This document shows, one piece after another, positions 1 to 9,660 of a stretch of DNA of 21,512 nt; the stretch's first letter is position 1; each line of letters opens with the position of its first letter. A program made the position numbers and the translations under genes. The stretch is from a virus (taxonomy: Duplodnaviria; Heunggongvirae; Uroviricota; Caudoviricetes): IMG/VR virus record IMGVR_UViG_2778261296_000007, one strand, 5' to 3'. The notes beneath the pieces are model-generated. The model did no database searches. It was not told the DNA's origin and saw only the letters and a list, made by a program, of their open reading frames with translations.

Positions 1-900
1 GGCAAAAGAGGCCATGTCCGGTATCTGATTTTCCCCTGTCCCCACATCCCGTTTTGCCGCTTCTCCCAAACCAAGGTATGCGAGAAGACCAGCTACATCC
101 TTTCCACTCAAATGAGTCAGCGTCTCATCCAGTGGCTGCTTACCTGACAGCGCATTGTTAATGGTGGTACTGAATTTCGGGTCATTGTTAATGGCTGCGG
201 CAATTTCTTTCAGTGTGTCCAGCGTGGCTGGCGCACCGTTAATCAGAGCGGTAATAGCGGCCTGAACAAACGCAGTGGTCGCAATCCGCGTGGTGTTATT
301 TCCTGCGGCAGGCGTCGGCGCTTTTGGTTCTCCGGTAAATGTCGGATTATGTTTCTGTGCATACTGGGTATGAGGATCCTGTGCGGCAATGTGGTTTCTC
401 ATCTGGTCATCCACATACAGCCTTAATTCCAGGACTTCATCATCCACGTATTTACGGGTCGCCAGTACCACCGACGGGTCGATTTTCAGCGTGATGGCTT
501 CGGTATTCGTGACAACCAGAATCATGCGGATAGTCTGGGTACGACCACTGCCTTCCTGTAACTGCGGTTTGTACGTTTCCGGGCAGTTCGCCACCGCAAT
601 GAGTACGCCTTCATCATCATAAAGCCCAATCTCACGGATCCAGAATCCGCCCTCGTTCTCAGGGATGATTTGCTCCGCAATAATCTGGCTCTGGTTATTC
701 GGGTCAACACTCAGAAGATTCAGCGGCGCGATGCGTTTCTGGTTAATCAGTTTTGTCTGTGCCGGGTCTGGTGTCGGCAAGACACCATTCGCATCACCAA
801 CGGCCATTTGCGTCAGATTCAGCTTACTGCCGAGCATCGTCGCGTTAGCCAGCCGTGCTGCGCCCTGATTAGTCAGAATGGCGTAGTATTTCACTGTCAT
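1..900 (-). CDS. H: Tail fibre protein H, N-terminal 300 codons only; 3' end lies beyond window start
   Basis: ATG at 900 overlaps the I stop (ATGA). Translation begins MTVKYYAILTNQGAARLANA..., resembling the conserved N-terminus of P2-type tail fibres. Open frame reaches position 1 with no stop. Not in the ORF track because it is edge-truncated. Confidence 0.7.
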   Translation of the reverse strand, partial: MTVKYYAILTNQGAARLANATMLGSKLNLTQMAVGDANGVLPTPDPAQTKLINQKRIAPLNLLSVDPNNQSQIIAEQIIPENEGGFWIREIGLYDDEGVLIAVANCPETYKPQLQEGSGRTQTIRMILVVTNTEAITLKIDPSVVLATRKYVDDEVLELRLYVDDQMRNHIAAQDPHTQYAQKHNPTFTGEPKAPTPAAGNNTTRIATTAFVQAAITALINGAPATLDTLKEIAAAINNDPKFSTTINNALSGKQPLDETLTHLSGKDVAGLLAYLGLGEAAKRDVGTGENQIPDMASFA

Positions 901-1508
901 GCGTTTACTCTCAGGTTATCAATTAAATGAATGGCCGAGGCCGGGAAATAATCCCCTCTGACAATAATGGCCTCCGGGGTGTAGGGATAAACCGTCAGGG
1001 CGTCGCCGTGATAGCATCCCGCCCCGGCAAAAATGTTGCCGGTTGTACTTAAACTGATAGCCAGTCCCGTCAGATGGCGGCTTGCCGGTTTTGCATCAGC
1101 AACGAGGCGCTCCAGCTCCTGATACATTTCCTCGGTAATACCCTGCTCAAGCACGCCAACAACGATACGGAACGTCCCCGGCTCCTCGTTGAGCTGCCAC
1201 CACTCCCTCACCTCAATCAGATAGCCGAGCGGCTCCACCACACGGCGAATCGCACCAATAGTGCCCTTATGGCAGTGAATGAAATACGCATCGCGGATAA
1301 CAGCGCGTTTTGTCGCTTCCGGCCACTTATCATCCCAGCGGTCAACCGAAAATGACCACGCCAGCCACGGCAGCAGATTTGCCGGACAGGTATCCGGGTT
1401 CCACAGCTCACGAATACTGACCGGCGTTTTTTCAATTTCCGCACAGGCTTTTGCGGCGGCAACTTCAAGCGGTGATGAGCCGGTCGGCAGCAGGCGCGAA
1501 TCACTCAT
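897..1508 (-). CDS. I: Baseplate assembly protein I
   Basis: 203-aa ORF (MSDSRLLPTGSSPLEVAAAK...) in the P2 gpI position, 8-nt overlap with J upstream. Confidence 0.85.
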   Translation of the reverse strand: MSDSRLLPTGSSPLEVAAAKACAEIEKTPVSIRELWNPDTCPANLLPWLAWSFSVDRWDDKWPEATKRAVIRDAYFIHCHKGTIGAIRRVVEPLGYLIEVREWWQLNEEPGTFRIVVGVLEQGITEEMYQELERLVADAKPASRHLTGLAISLSTTGNIFAGAGCYHGDALTVYPYTPEAIIVRGDYFPASAIHLIDNLRVNA

Positions 1509-2409
1509 CCGAGCCTCCGGTCACGACGCTGTATTCGGTGCAGAAAGACGCCTGCGTACTGTTGAGCACAATGTCGGCCAGTGGTGCGGCCAGCTCGACA
1601 CGCTGCACGCCTTCCACATGCAAAGCGGCATAAATGGCAGACAGACGGATGTCGCGCCCCAGCCGGTGCTGTGCCGTGATGTACGCTTCCAGTTTTTTCA
1701 CGGCAGCAGCGCGGATGGGTTCGCTTTCGGGACCTGGGTAAAGGTAAAGCGTGGCGTTTATCTGGTATTCAACGATGGCGGCAGACTGCACGGTCACGCG
1801 GTCGGCCACCGGTCTGACGTCCTCGCCATTAAGGGCGTTACGCACCATAGCCAGCAGGTCTTCGGATGCGACACCGTTATTTTCACGTGACAGCACAGAG
1901 ATAGTGACGCAGGCCGGAGACGGACTGGTGACAGAGATATCCGCGACACGCCCGTCGGCACTGCGGCCATGATACTGATAGGCACCCACCGACCCGGCGA
2001 CGCTTAAACCTTCAAACGCCTGCTGAATACGCAGACGATAATCAGTGTCAGATTCCATTACTGCCGCTGTCGGCGGGATGGTCGAATCATCTGCCGGGGT
2101 GATAATCAGGCGCGTGGTGTTGTAATTGGCACCAATCACATCAAGGTCATTACCGGCGGCACAGGCCAGCATTACCGCCCGTGCGGCCTCATTCACACGC
2201 TGACGCCAGATAAGCTCACGATAAGCATTTTCCTCCAGCAGTTTGACGAGAGGCTCGGATTCCAGCGTCAGGGTACGGGCAACCGCCTCCTGCTGGTCTT
2301 CCGGGTAAAGGGAAATCAGTGTCGCCTTGCGTTCGGCAAGAATGGTTTCAAAGTCCAGCTCCTCGACCACATCCGGTGCAGGTAGCTGGTTCAGGTCGAT
2401 AATCGGCAT
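1501..2409 (-). CDS. J: Baseplate assembly protein J
   Basis: 302-aa ORF (MPIIDLNQLPAPDVVEELDFETILAERK...), the length I recall for P2 gpJ, in the expected position. Confidence 0.9.
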   Translation of the reverse strand: MPIIDLNQLPAPDVVEELDFETILAERKATLISLYPEDQQEAVARTLTLESEPLVKLLEENAYRELIWRQRVNEAARAVMLACAAGNDLDVIGANYNTTRLIITPADDSTIPPTAAVMESDTDYRLRIQQAFEGLSVAGSVGAYQYHGRSADGRVADISVTSPSPACVTISVLSRENNGVASEDLLAMVRNALNGEDVRPVADRVTVQSAAIVEYQINATLYLYPGPESEPIRAAAVKKLEAYITAQHRLGRDIRLSAIYAALHVEGVQRVELAAPLADIVLNSTQASFCTEYSVVTGGSDE

Positions 2410-2413
2410 GGTT

Positions 2414-2761
2414 TCAACTCACAGGGATGGTTAACGAAAGTGGCTGGCCGGTGTCGTTGTGCTGGCCGGTTAACGTAACTGTCATTCGCCCGTCAAAACT
2501 GCGCTCAGTGGTGACGGATGACAGGGTGACGCGGGGTTCCCATTTCAGCACCGCCATGTAACAGGCGACCTTAATCTGCAACTCAAGCGCCGGGGTCTGC
2601 GGCTGGTCAATCATTGACGCCAGCAACGAGCCGTAATCACGACACATCACCCGTGAGCCGACCGGTGTGCGCAGGATATCGCCGATACTCTGGCTGATAT
2701 GCTCAAGGTCAGTGACAGTCAGGCCATCACAGCGATTCATTCCGAGATAACGCGCAGTCAT
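2414..2761 (-). CDS. W: Baseplate wedge protein W (gp25-like)
   Basis: 115-aa ORF in the P2 gpW position, overlapping the V stop by 4 nt. Confidence 0.9.
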   Translation of the reverse strand: MTARYLGMNRCDGLTVTDLEHISQSIGDILRTPVGSRVMCRDYGSLLASMIDQPQTPALELQIKVACYMAVLKWEPRVTLSSVTTERSFDGRMTVTLTGQHNDTGQPLSLTIPVS

Positions 2762-3393
2762 AGAGGTCCCCCTGTTGTGCCGCCGCTGTCGCCGGGGTGT
2801 TTATGGGTATGCAGTACCTTACCGTTTGATGAGAGTTCACCGCCGGTGTGTTCAATGTTGCCGCGCATCGTCCCGCCCTTCTGCACTTCCAGCGTGCCGG
2901 TAATCAGCCTGTTGGTGCAGACCACCTCCGGTGTGTCCAGGGTGACGCGGGTTGATGCTTTCACCATGACCACCGGCACCGTGGCAGTAACAGAATCAGA
3001 AGCCGTCACGCTGGCTGTTTTAATTCCGCTTACCGTCAGTGCACTGGTTTCAGGTTCATACTCAATCACCGCCCCGTCAGGGAAACGGATATGCAGGGCA
3101 TCCGCCGACGCAGACGGCGCGGGGTTATCGCCGGAATAAATCCCCGGCAGAACGAACGCAGTGTCGAGTTCACCGCCCACGGCCAGAATCAGCACCTGTT
3201 CCCCCACGGAAGGTGCCCACCATGTGCGCGAACGACCGGCACGACAGGTCAGCCACTGAAGCCAGTCGGTGCACATGCCGCCGGTCTGCACACGGCAGCG
3301 ACCGGCTTTAAGGTTGGTTTCGACGACAAGGCCGGTGCGGATCATGTTGCGCAGTGCGCGCGCGAGTTCCTGGATATTTGCGAGAGTGTTCAT
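2758..3393 (-). CDS. V: Baseplate spike protein V
   Basis: 211-aa ORF (MNTLANIQELARALRNMIRTGLVVE...), matching recalled P2 gpV length and position. Confidence 0.9.
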   Translation of the reverse strand: MNTLANIQELARALRNMIRTGLVVETNLKAGRCRVQTGGMCTDWLQWLTCRAGRSRTWWAPSVGEQVLILAVGGELDTAFVLPGIYSGDNPAPSASADALHIRFPDGAVIEYEPETSALTVSGIKTASVTASDSVTATVPVVMVKASTRVTLDTPEVVCTNRLITGTLEVQKGGTMRGNIEHTGGELSSNGKVLHTHKHPGDSGGTTGGPL

Positions 3394-3459
3394 AACGGGA
3401 AGGATGCCGCCGGGTCATACCGGCGGCAATGTAACGATGAGGTGTCGGGAATGGCACAA

Positions 3460-3912
3460 CTAACGGTCGAGGTGAGCCAGGATAATCTCTTCAATCATCT
3501 GTACATCCTCACCGGTAAAGCCGAGCAGGGGACGCGCCGGATAATCAATTTTCTTACCGTCTTTCCGGGTTTCTTCCGACAGACCGAACTGATGCACATT
3601 GGCTATTTTCGGTGACTTCCCGCCGTAAAACTCCATTGATGCCTGTTCAGGGCTGGCGCGGATATGCAAAAAACGACTGGTGATAAGTTTCGCAAACATT
3701 TTTCGCTTAACGCGACCGGTCTTTTTTCTGGCGCTCTGCTGCTGGCGTGGTGCGTAGGGTGTGCCGTCCGGGGCTTTCTGTGCCATCACCCGACGCTGCT
3801 GACTCTGACGCAGACGTTTCGCCAGTTCGGCGCTCAGTCGCCGACGCCCTGACGGTGACAGCGACTCAATAAGTCCGGTCAGCCTGTCTTCAAAACGCTT
3901 AAACTCATTCAT
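3460..3912 (-). CDS. S: Tail completion protein S
   Basis: 150-aa ORF (MNEFKRFEDRLTGLIESLSP...) in the P2 gpS position, overlapping R. Confidence 0.88.
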   Translation of the reverse strand: MNEFKRFEDRLTGLIESLSPSGRRRLSAELAKRLRQSQQRRVMAQKAPDGTPYAPRQQQSARKKTGRVKRKMFAKLITSRFLHIRASPEQASMEFYGGKSPKIANVHQFGLSEETRKDGKKIDYPARPLLGFTGEDVQMIEEIILAHLDR

Positions 3913-4372
3913 CCCACTTACTCACCAGTTCGCCATTGATATAAAGCTCCATCGGGCGGGTGACCGGCTCCGGCGGCGGAGGTTCCGGGATATTCTTCAC
4001 ATGCAGCGCACCGTCAACCTCACTGACCAGCGTGCGCTCGGTCAGCATCAGGCTGATACTGATATCAAAGCTGCTGTCATTGTTGATGTCTGCATAAAAC
4101 GTGAAGCCCTTTTTCTGGCCTTCGTCGGTGGTCATGATGTCGGGCTGATTTTCCCGCAGCCACGCCAGCACCGGCACGATGAGCAGGTCAAAATCACCGG
4201 TAAAGTCGGTCACAATCACATTGAGCGTGTAACGCTTTTCGAATGACAGCGACGTCGCCAGTGTGGAGGCAATACTCCCGTTATCCACGAATATCCGCAG
4301 CATCTCGGGACTGGTTTTCAGCACCGTGACGGCATCAGTCAGCGCCCTGCGCAGGCTGTCGGGTTTGAGCAT
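3905..4372 (-). CDS. R: Tail completion protein R
   Basis: 155-aa ORF (MLKPDSLRRALTDAVTVLKTSPEML...) in the P2 gpR position. Confidence 0.88.
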   Translation of the reverse strand: MLKPDSLRRALTDAVTVLKTSPEMLRIFVDNGSIASTLATSLSFEKRYTLNVIVTDFTGDFDLLIVPVLAWLRENQPDIMTTDEGQKKGFTFYADINNDSSFDISISLMLTERTLVSEVDGALHVKNIPEPPPPEPVTRPMELYINGELVSKWDE

Positions 4373-4625
4373 CGTTTTCGTCCTGACAGTGTTTAATCAT
4401 TTTTACCTGGCTGGCACAGCGTGCCAGCGCGTTCTCAAGCTGCCGGATATCGGCACTTAAATCGCCGTTCGTCTGCGGGTCACTGCCCGGCATCGGGCAA
4501 AGGCTCACTTTCGGGCAGGCGTTGGCGACAATCACTGGCGTCAGTGCAGGCCGGACGCTGGTGCAACCGGCGCACAGCATCAGGCAGGTCAGCGCCATAC
4601 CAGCGGCGAAAATCCTCGTTTTCAT
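4335..4625 (-). CDS. lysC: LysC, Rz1-like outer-membrane lipoprotein spanin, nested out of frame in the 3' part of lysB
   Basis: Internal start MKTRIFAAGMALTCLMLCAGC gives a 96-aa product with a lipobox-like LCAGC after a signal peptide. Embedded in a different frame of lysB, as in the P2 LysB/LysC arrangement. The track's 135-aa ORF (4335..4742) is the upstream extension of this frame. Confidence 0.75.
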   Translation of the reverse strand: MKTRIFAAGMALTCLMLCAGCTSVRPALTPVIVANACPKVSLCPMPGSDPQTNGDLSADIRQLENALARCASQVKMIKHCQDENDAQTRQPAQGAD

Positions 4626-4905
4626 TGAGTAACCTCGTGATAGTTTTCTCGCGCTGTGCTTCACGCTTCGCGGCGTTCTCCAGTTCCTGACGCAGTGCCA
4701 CCTGCGCCAGCTCGTTTTTGTCTGCCCTGGTGATGGCAACATGAAGCTGATTTTTCAGCATAGAGATAGTCGCCTGCTGTTCACTGGCGACGTTGCTCGC
4801 CCTGTCCAGTGAGGTGCGCAGGCTGGCGTTTTCATGCTTCGCCAGAAACAGACCGACCACCGCCAGTGATAACAACACAACCAGCACAATCATCAGCTTT
4901 GACAT
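4480..4905 (-). CDS. lysB: LysB, Rz-like inner-membrane spanin
   Basis: 141-aa ORF with an N-terminal transmembrane segment (MSKLMIVLVVLLSLAVVGLFLA) and a charged, coiled-coil-like remainder, in the P2 lysB position. Confidence 0.85.
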   Translation of the reverse strand: MSKLMIVLVVLLSLAVVGLFLAKHENASLRTSLDRASNVASEQQATISMLKNQLHVAITRADKNELAQVALRQELENAAKREAQREKTITRLLNENEDFRRWYGADLPDAVRRLHQRPACTDASDCRQRLPESEPLPDAGQ

Positions 4906-5318
4906 AGTTCCCGCCCCTCAAGACGCTGACGACAGGCTTTACGTATCAGCCGGAAAAACAGCGACGCCACAAGATAAATCAGCGCGGTAAAAATCCACCC
5001 GGCAGCGACCAGCGAGATAAACGTCGCCACCATCACCACCAGAGCCGCCGCCCGTCTGCGCCACGGCACCGGCTGCAAAAACAGCGCCGTGACAATCTTC
5101 ACGGCCAGCGATTCCGGCGGCAGCTCCCGCCCGTAGCGTTCCAGTACATACTCTGTGGCATACACGCCGACACCGCCGGCAACCACACAGATAACCGTCG
5201 CCAGAATCGCCCAGGCGGCGACAAAACTGACGGCCACGCTCTGAGGGTAAATCAGGGACAGTGCCAGCATCAGCGCCAGCGACACGTTCAGCATCAGTGA
5301 AAGGGATAATTTCTTCAT
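4893..5318 (-). CDS. lysA: LysA, membrane protein of the lysis cassette (lysis timing)
   Basis: 141-aa hydrophobic multi-TM ORF (MKKLSLSLMLNVSLALMLALSLIYP...) directly downstream of K, as in P2. Confidence 0.85.
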   Translation of the reverse strand: MKKLSLSLMLNVSLALMLALSLIYPQSVAVSFVAAWAILATVICVVAGGVGVYATEYVLERYGRELPPESLAVKIVTALFLQPVPWRRRAAALVVMVATFISLVAAGWIFTALIYLVASLFFRLIRKACRQRLEGRELCQS

Positions 5319-5332
5319 GGTGTTTACTCCGT

Positions 5333-5830
5333 TTAAGCCGGTACGCCGCCAGCGGTACGCCAGACGGTGACCAGTTTTTCCAGTGAATGCTCACGCTGAC
5401 CGTAACCGGCACCCGGCAGGGACGCCCAGATATTGCGACAGCGTGAAATGGCGCGCTCAATACGTCCCGCCCGGATGTCATCCAGTGCACCGCGTTCGCG
5501 GATCAACTGAATGGCAAGTCTGTCCTGTGACAACGGACTGAAATCCGGCAGGGCAAGCTGTTTGCGGTAATGCGGCCAGAACAGGTAAAGCTGCTGATAG
5601 CGACCGGAGGCCGTGGATTTTTCACCGCGACGGTTAAACACCTTCGCCGGTCGGCCATGCGCGAACGGGTGGTCACTGTAGTCGGTGAAAATTTCCGGCT
5701 TTCCGTCCAGTCCGGTGACTATCACGTCATAGCCCCGGTTTTTCGTCAGCGGATGATTCGCCGTCCCTTCGGACACGGCCAGCATGTCGAGAAAGGCGGC
5801 GATATTCTGATGCGTGTTAATTACCGGCAT
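5333..5830 (-). CDS. K: Endolysin K
   Basis: 165-aa ORF (MPVINTHQNIAAFLDMLAVSEGTANHPLTKNRGYDVIV...), typical of P2 gpK, with its start overlapping the Y stop. Confidence 0.9.
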   Translation of the reverse strand: MPVINTHQNIAAFLDMLAVSEGTANHPLTKNRGYDVIVTGLDGKPEIFTDYSDHPFAHGRPAKVFNRRGEKSTASGRYQQLYLFWPHYRKQLALPDFSPLSQDRLAIQLIRERGALDDIRAGRIERAISRCRNIWASLPGAGYGQREHSLEKLVTVWRTAGGVPA

Positions 5831-6111
5831 TACTGTTTCCCCCTGCCCTTAAAACGGCGCTGAATGGCAATCTCAATCACCTGATAACCGGCGATACCCA
5901 GCATGGAGCCGATGCCGCACACCGCAGGCAGCGACAGGTCAGGAAACTGCACCAGAACAACACCGGCAACCATCGAGACAAAACCACCGAGCAACATGCG
6001 CCCGATAAACAGACGCGGGGTGATGGGTTCACCACCGGCAAGCACCTTGCCGACAACAATCAGCACCCCAATCATGAAAAGCGACAGGACGCTTTTTTCT
6101 TCTGCTGTCAT
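5830..6111 (-). CDS. Y: Holin Y
   Basis: 93-aa ORF with hydrophobic TM segments and a basic C-terminus (RRFKGRGKQ), between X and K. Confidence 0.9.
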   Translation of the reverse strand: MTAEEKSVLSLFMIGVLIVVGKVLAGGEPITPRLFIGRMLLGGFVSMVAGVVLVQFPDLSLPAVCGIGSMLGIAGYQVIEIAIQRRFKGRGKQ

Positions 6112-6114
6112 GCG

Positions 6115-6318
6115 TTACTCCCACAGATTGACAGTTTCAGCCACGGGCGCGGTCTGAACGTCGGGCAGTTCGACGGCGGTGCCGTGTGGCAGCACCGCCC
6201 CCAGTTCAGCCAGTCCCGGATTTGCGGCGAGCACGGCCTCGACCACGCCCTCAGTGCGCCCGTAATATCGGACACAAATGGCGTCGAGCGTGTCGCCCTG
6301 TAGCGCAAAGGTCTTCAT
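6115..6318 (-). CDS. X: Tail protein X
   Basis: 67-aa product from internal start MKTFALQGDTLDAICVRYYGRTEG...; ATG at 6316-6318 overlaps the L stop. The track's longer 90-aa ORF (to 6387) runs back into L. Confidence 0.8.
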   Translation of the reverse strand: MKTFALQGDTLDAICVRYYGRTEGVVEAVLAANPGLAELGAVLPHGTAVELPDVQTAPVAETVNLWE

Positions 6319-6827
6319 CAGATTTGACTCACGATGCAGCGCGGCTTGTCCTGGATGCGCGCCACTGCCCAGCGCATATCCCGCCACAGCTCATCAATGG
6401 TGCTGTCTATGCTGTCGGCCTTTTTGTCGCCTTTCGCACTGGCATCCACACCGCGATAACGCTCATAAAGCGACGCGGTCGCCATCGCACACACGGCGCG
6501 CTCGTAGTAAAAAACTTTGATGCTTTCACCGTCGATGTCGTCCGCAGGGACGTCCGCCAGACGCGTAAAACCGGCGGCAATTTTCTGTTCGCGGTACTCG
6601 TACAGCTCCGCATTCGTCTCCGCCATGCCTGACTTGATGGCCTCACGCAGACGGGCGGGGGCGACGGTCTGCTCAAGGCGCATACGTTCCCGGACGCGCT
6701 TCGGGTCGATATCGGGAAAAAAGAACGTGTTTTTAATCACCGGCTCGTCGCCTGCCGGTTGCGGGATGACCACCGTACCCTCACCGGACACGGGAGCCTC
6801 CTTTCGCGGAATAATCAGCGTCATCAT
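6318..6827 (-). CDS. L: Head completion/stabilisation protein L
   Basis: 169-aa product from MMTLIIPRKEAPVSGEG..., matching the recalled P2 gpL length. The track ORF extends 20 codons further upstream (to 6887). Confidence 0.8.
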   Translation of the reverse strand: MMTLIIPRKEAPVSGEGTVVIPQPAGDEPVIKNTFFFPDIDPKRVRERMRLEQTVAPARLREAIKSGMAETNAELYEYREQKIAAGFTRLADVPADDIDGESIKVFYYERAVCAMATASLYERYRGVDASAKGDKKADSIDSTIDELWRDMRWAVARIQDKPRCIVSQI

Positions 6828-6926
6828 GACTACCTCTGAAAAGTCGGGCGGTGGACGCCGGTGCAGTGTCAGGTGATTCACCCTCACTGACCGGCGTGCC
6901 GCCCTGGCGCGGGGCGCATTCGGTTG

Positions 6927-7670
6927 TTAACTGGCTTTCTTTTTCGGGCGTCCACGTTTTGCCGGTGTCACGCTCCGGGTCTTACGCGTGGCACGGGTGG
7001 CCGCTTTGGGTTGCGGCTCCTGCTTCGGTTTCAGCTCCCGCTCCAGTCGTTCAATCTCTTTTTTGACGCCTGCCTGACAGTCGAGCTGTGTCGCACGTTG
7101 CAGGTGAGCCAGCGCACCGGCGGCATCACCACCGTCACGCAGAAACAGACCGGTGATTTTGTGCAGCTTTGCGCGCACTTCATCAGGCATGTCAGCAGCG
7201 GCAGTCAGTTCAAGGGTCTCCGTCAGCAGGCGGGGATCCACAGACTCACCGGCCGCGTGAGCGCGCATGGCCGCGAGCGCGACCTCCTCGGTGAACATGT
7301 ACGGCGGGGTGCGGCGGTGTTTACCCGGCATGGTCAGACCGTATTTCAGGGCATAACGGGCAATCTCCAGCGCACCGGCAATATCGCCGGTATCCAGACG
7401 CCACAGCATGACCGTCATCAGAATGTCATCCTGTGCGCCTTTGCCCTGCTCCAGCACGCCGTTCACCCACGGCAACCAGAACGGCAGCAGTTCGCGCTTT
7501 TTCGCGGCCTTCAGCTCTTTTGAATAAATCGCTTTCAGTGTGCGCTGGTCTGCGGCGAGCTTAACCAGCATCTGCTCATAGACAGTTGCATGTCGCAGCG
7601 GGGCGGCGTCCCGCTGCGCGGTCATCGCTGCCGAGACCCGCATCATGTGGCGCTGTGCGGGACTCGTCAT
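6927..7670 (-). CDS. M: Terminase small/endonuclease subunit M
   Basis: 247-aa ORF with a basic C-terminal tail (…TPAKRGRPKKKAS), matching recalled P2 gpM length and position next to N. Confidence 0.9.
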   Translation of the reverse strand: MTSPAQRHMMRVSAAMTAQRDAAPLRHATVYEQMLVKLAADQRTLKAIYSKELKAAKKRELLPFWLPWVNGVLEQGKGAQDDILMTVMLWRLDTGDIAGALEIARYALKYGLTMPGKHRRTPPYMFTEEVALAAMRAHAAGESVDPRLLTETLELTAAADMPDEVRAKLHKITGLFLRDGGDAAGALAHLQRATQLDCQAGVKKEIERLERELKPKQEPQPKAATRATRKTRSVTPAKRGRPKKKAS

Positions 7671-7673
7671 CGG

Positions 7674-8747
7674 TTACGCTCCCGGCTCTGCGGTCGCTTT
7701 AGCCGGTGTGGAGAAATCACCGACCTTAATTTTTTCCACCAGACAACCGGCGGCGTAGTCTTCCACCACGTAATCAATGTTCATTGACTCGTAGTTCTCC
7801 ACGCGGTCGAGTTTCGGGTTTTCCTCAATCACGCGGCGATGGCTGTCATCCATGTAGTAGATGGACAGGTTTTCCAGCTTCGTGATGAGCATCGCATCCG
7901 CCGGGAAGTACGGGACGCGTACCGCTGGCAGGTTGCCGATGCGTTTCTGGCTGATGATGACGTCAGCGGCCAGCATCTCGCTGTTGTCCTGCTCCTTGTT
8001 AACGATGGGGAAATACTTGTCCGCCAGTAGCTGACGCCCCACAATCACCACAAGGTCAGGGTCTTCCTGATACCACGGTTCAATCAGGTTGTTGGTCGCA
8101 TCCATCACCAGTGCGTCAAGGCTGGCATAATCACCGCCCTTACCCACGCGGATAACCTCAGAGGTGGTGTGCCCTTCCTCGTCAGTGACCTTGCTCATCA
8201 CACGCGCCGGGGCTTCATTGCGGTATTTCTGCAGCCAGCCGACCGCCACATCCTGCAGCATCGGATTACTGCTGCGGTCAGAGGTTTCGGCACGCTTCAC
8301 GCCGTTAAAACCGGCCATGATGAAATCAAGGGACTGGCGTTTGATAATGGCGTTACGGATACGGAGCTGGAAATCCTGATAACGCGCCCACAGGTCCAGC
8401 GTTTTGTAGCGGATATAAAAATCGAAGTTAATCTGGTCGCATTCGTACTTGTTGGACGCCAGCTTCGAGAAGTCCTTCGGCTGACGCTCGGTGCCACCGG
8501 CGGTGTCGGTGGTGCTGGCGATGGAGCCGGTGACGCCGATGCCAATTTTTTCCCCTTTCATTTCGCTGACCGGCACAATGTTGATGCGGGTCAGAAAGTC
8601 AGAGGACTCCTGCATGGTGTTCATCAGGGTCTGGGTGACCGACGGTTCAACGGTGAATTTTTTCGACACATCACCGGCGTCGATGCCGTTCAGTTCGGCA
8701 ACACGGGACAGGTAAGCATTAAATTTAAAGCGGGTTTCCTGGCGCAT
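7674..8747 (-). CDS. N: Major capsid protein N
   Basis: 357-aa ORF (MRQETRFKFNAYLSRVAELNGIDAGDVSKKFTVEPSVTQT...), matching recalled P2 gpN length and N-terminus. Confidence 0.95.
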   Translation of the reverse strand: MRQETRFKFNAYLSRVAELNGIDAGDVSKKFTVEPSVTQTLMNTMQESSDFLTRINIVPVSEMKGEKIGIGVTGSIASTTDTAGGTERQPKDFSKLASNKYECDQINFDFYIRYKTLDLWARYQDFQLRIRNAIIKRQSLDFIMAGFNGVKRAETSDRSSNPMLQDVAVGWLQKYRNEAPARVMSKVTDEEGHTTSEVIRVGKGGDYASLDALVMDATNNLIEPWYQEDPDLVVIVGRQLLADKYFPIVNKEQDNSEMLAADVIISQKRIGNLPAVRVPYFPADAMLITKLENLSIYYMDDSHRRVIEENPKLDRVENYESMNIDYVVEDYAAGCLVEKIKVGDFSTPAKATAEPGA

Positions 8748-8805
8748 AGTTTTTCCTGAAATTAAGGGTTAATCGTGAAGGTTTTCCCGGACTGACTGAC
8801 GCCGG

Positions 8806-9660
8806 TCAGCAGTTCGTCATCAGGGCGTCACCGCCACCGCCGGTGGCCTTGCTGCGACGCTGCTGGGTCAGACTTTCGGTGTGGTCGAGACTGTTTTTCA
8901 GGCGGGTGAATGCCTGACTGGTTTCATCCGCCCTGTCAGTCACCTCCTGCTTAAGAGCGGAAAAGGCTGTTTCCATCTCAGCGAGGCGCTGCTCAGTGGC
9001 GCTCAGTTTTTCCTGCACATGTTCAGCAACAGCGGTCACCGCTTCATGCACGTCATTCAGACGGGCATCATCGCTGGCCTGTTTGCGGCCAAAAATGGAC
9101 TTCACCTTTTCGGTCAGGGCGGTGAACACGGTTTCAGGCAGGTCTTCAAATTCCAGCTCAACAGGCGTTGCCACTGAAATCAGGTTTTCAGGGCTTAATT
9201 TGAAGCGGTTCAGGGGGTTGTGTTTTGCCGTGCGGCAGAATTCCAGGTATTCCGTGCCGAGGCTTGCCGGGTCATCGGTGACGGCCAGACCCACCAGATA
9301 ACATTTGCCGGTGTTGGCAAAGTTCGGCTGAATTTCCATTGAGGTGTAGACCTTCTGCGCGGCCTTGTTCATCGCGATAAGGTCATCGGTCGGGGTGATT
9401 TTCGCAAACAGCGCCCATTTGCCTTTCAGCGCCGAATCATCGTCAATCTTTTCGGCCTTCAGTTCGGCCACATCGCCATAACGCTTAAAAATACCGTCAG
9501 GCAGGATGCCGCGCAGATGTTCCAGGTTAATGCGGCAACCATAGACACGCGGGTCAAAGGTTTCGGCCATTTCCTGAATATCCTGCGCACTGATGACACG
9601 CCCGTCACAGGTGTCACCCTCAACGCCGATACGAAAGAATTTTGAGACTTTTTTTGCCAT
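8806..9660 (-). CDS. O: Capsid scaffolding protein O
   Basis: 284-aa product from MAKKVSKFFRIGVEGDTCDGRVISAQDIQEMAETFDP..., matching recalled P2 gpO. The track ORF extends 22 codons upstream (to 9726). Confidence 0.88.
   Translation of the reverse strand: MAKKVSKFFRIGVEGDTCDGRVISAQDIQEMAETFDPRVYGCRINLEHLRGILPDGIFKRYGDVAELKAEKIDDDSALKGKWALFAKITPTDDLIAMNKAAQKVYTSMEIQPNFANTGKCYLVGLAVTDDPASLGTEYLEFCRTAKHNPLNRFKLSPENLISVATPVELEFEDLPETVFTALTEKVKSIFGRKQASDDARLNDVHEAVTAVAEHVQEKLSATEQRLAEMETAFSALKQEVTDRADETSQAFTRLKNSLDHTESLTQQRRSKATGGGGDALMTNC

Noticed and set aside
897-1508. Gene I product (203 aa) seems longer than the P2 gpI length I recall (about 176 aa)
   Set aside because: My recollection of the P2 length is uncertain, and the ORF has a clean start overlapping the J stop and a stop overlapping the H start. 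No sequence evidence of a fusion or frameshift.
6186-6632. 148-aa plus-strand ORF, and similar long plus-strand ORFs at 1279..1890, 6924..7523 and 8169..8759
   Set aside because: All lie antisense to well-supported minus-strand phage structural genes with P2 gene order and overlapping start/stop junctions. Long spurious antisense ORFs are expected in GC-rich DNA. Their translations are low-complexity and R/G/A-rich.
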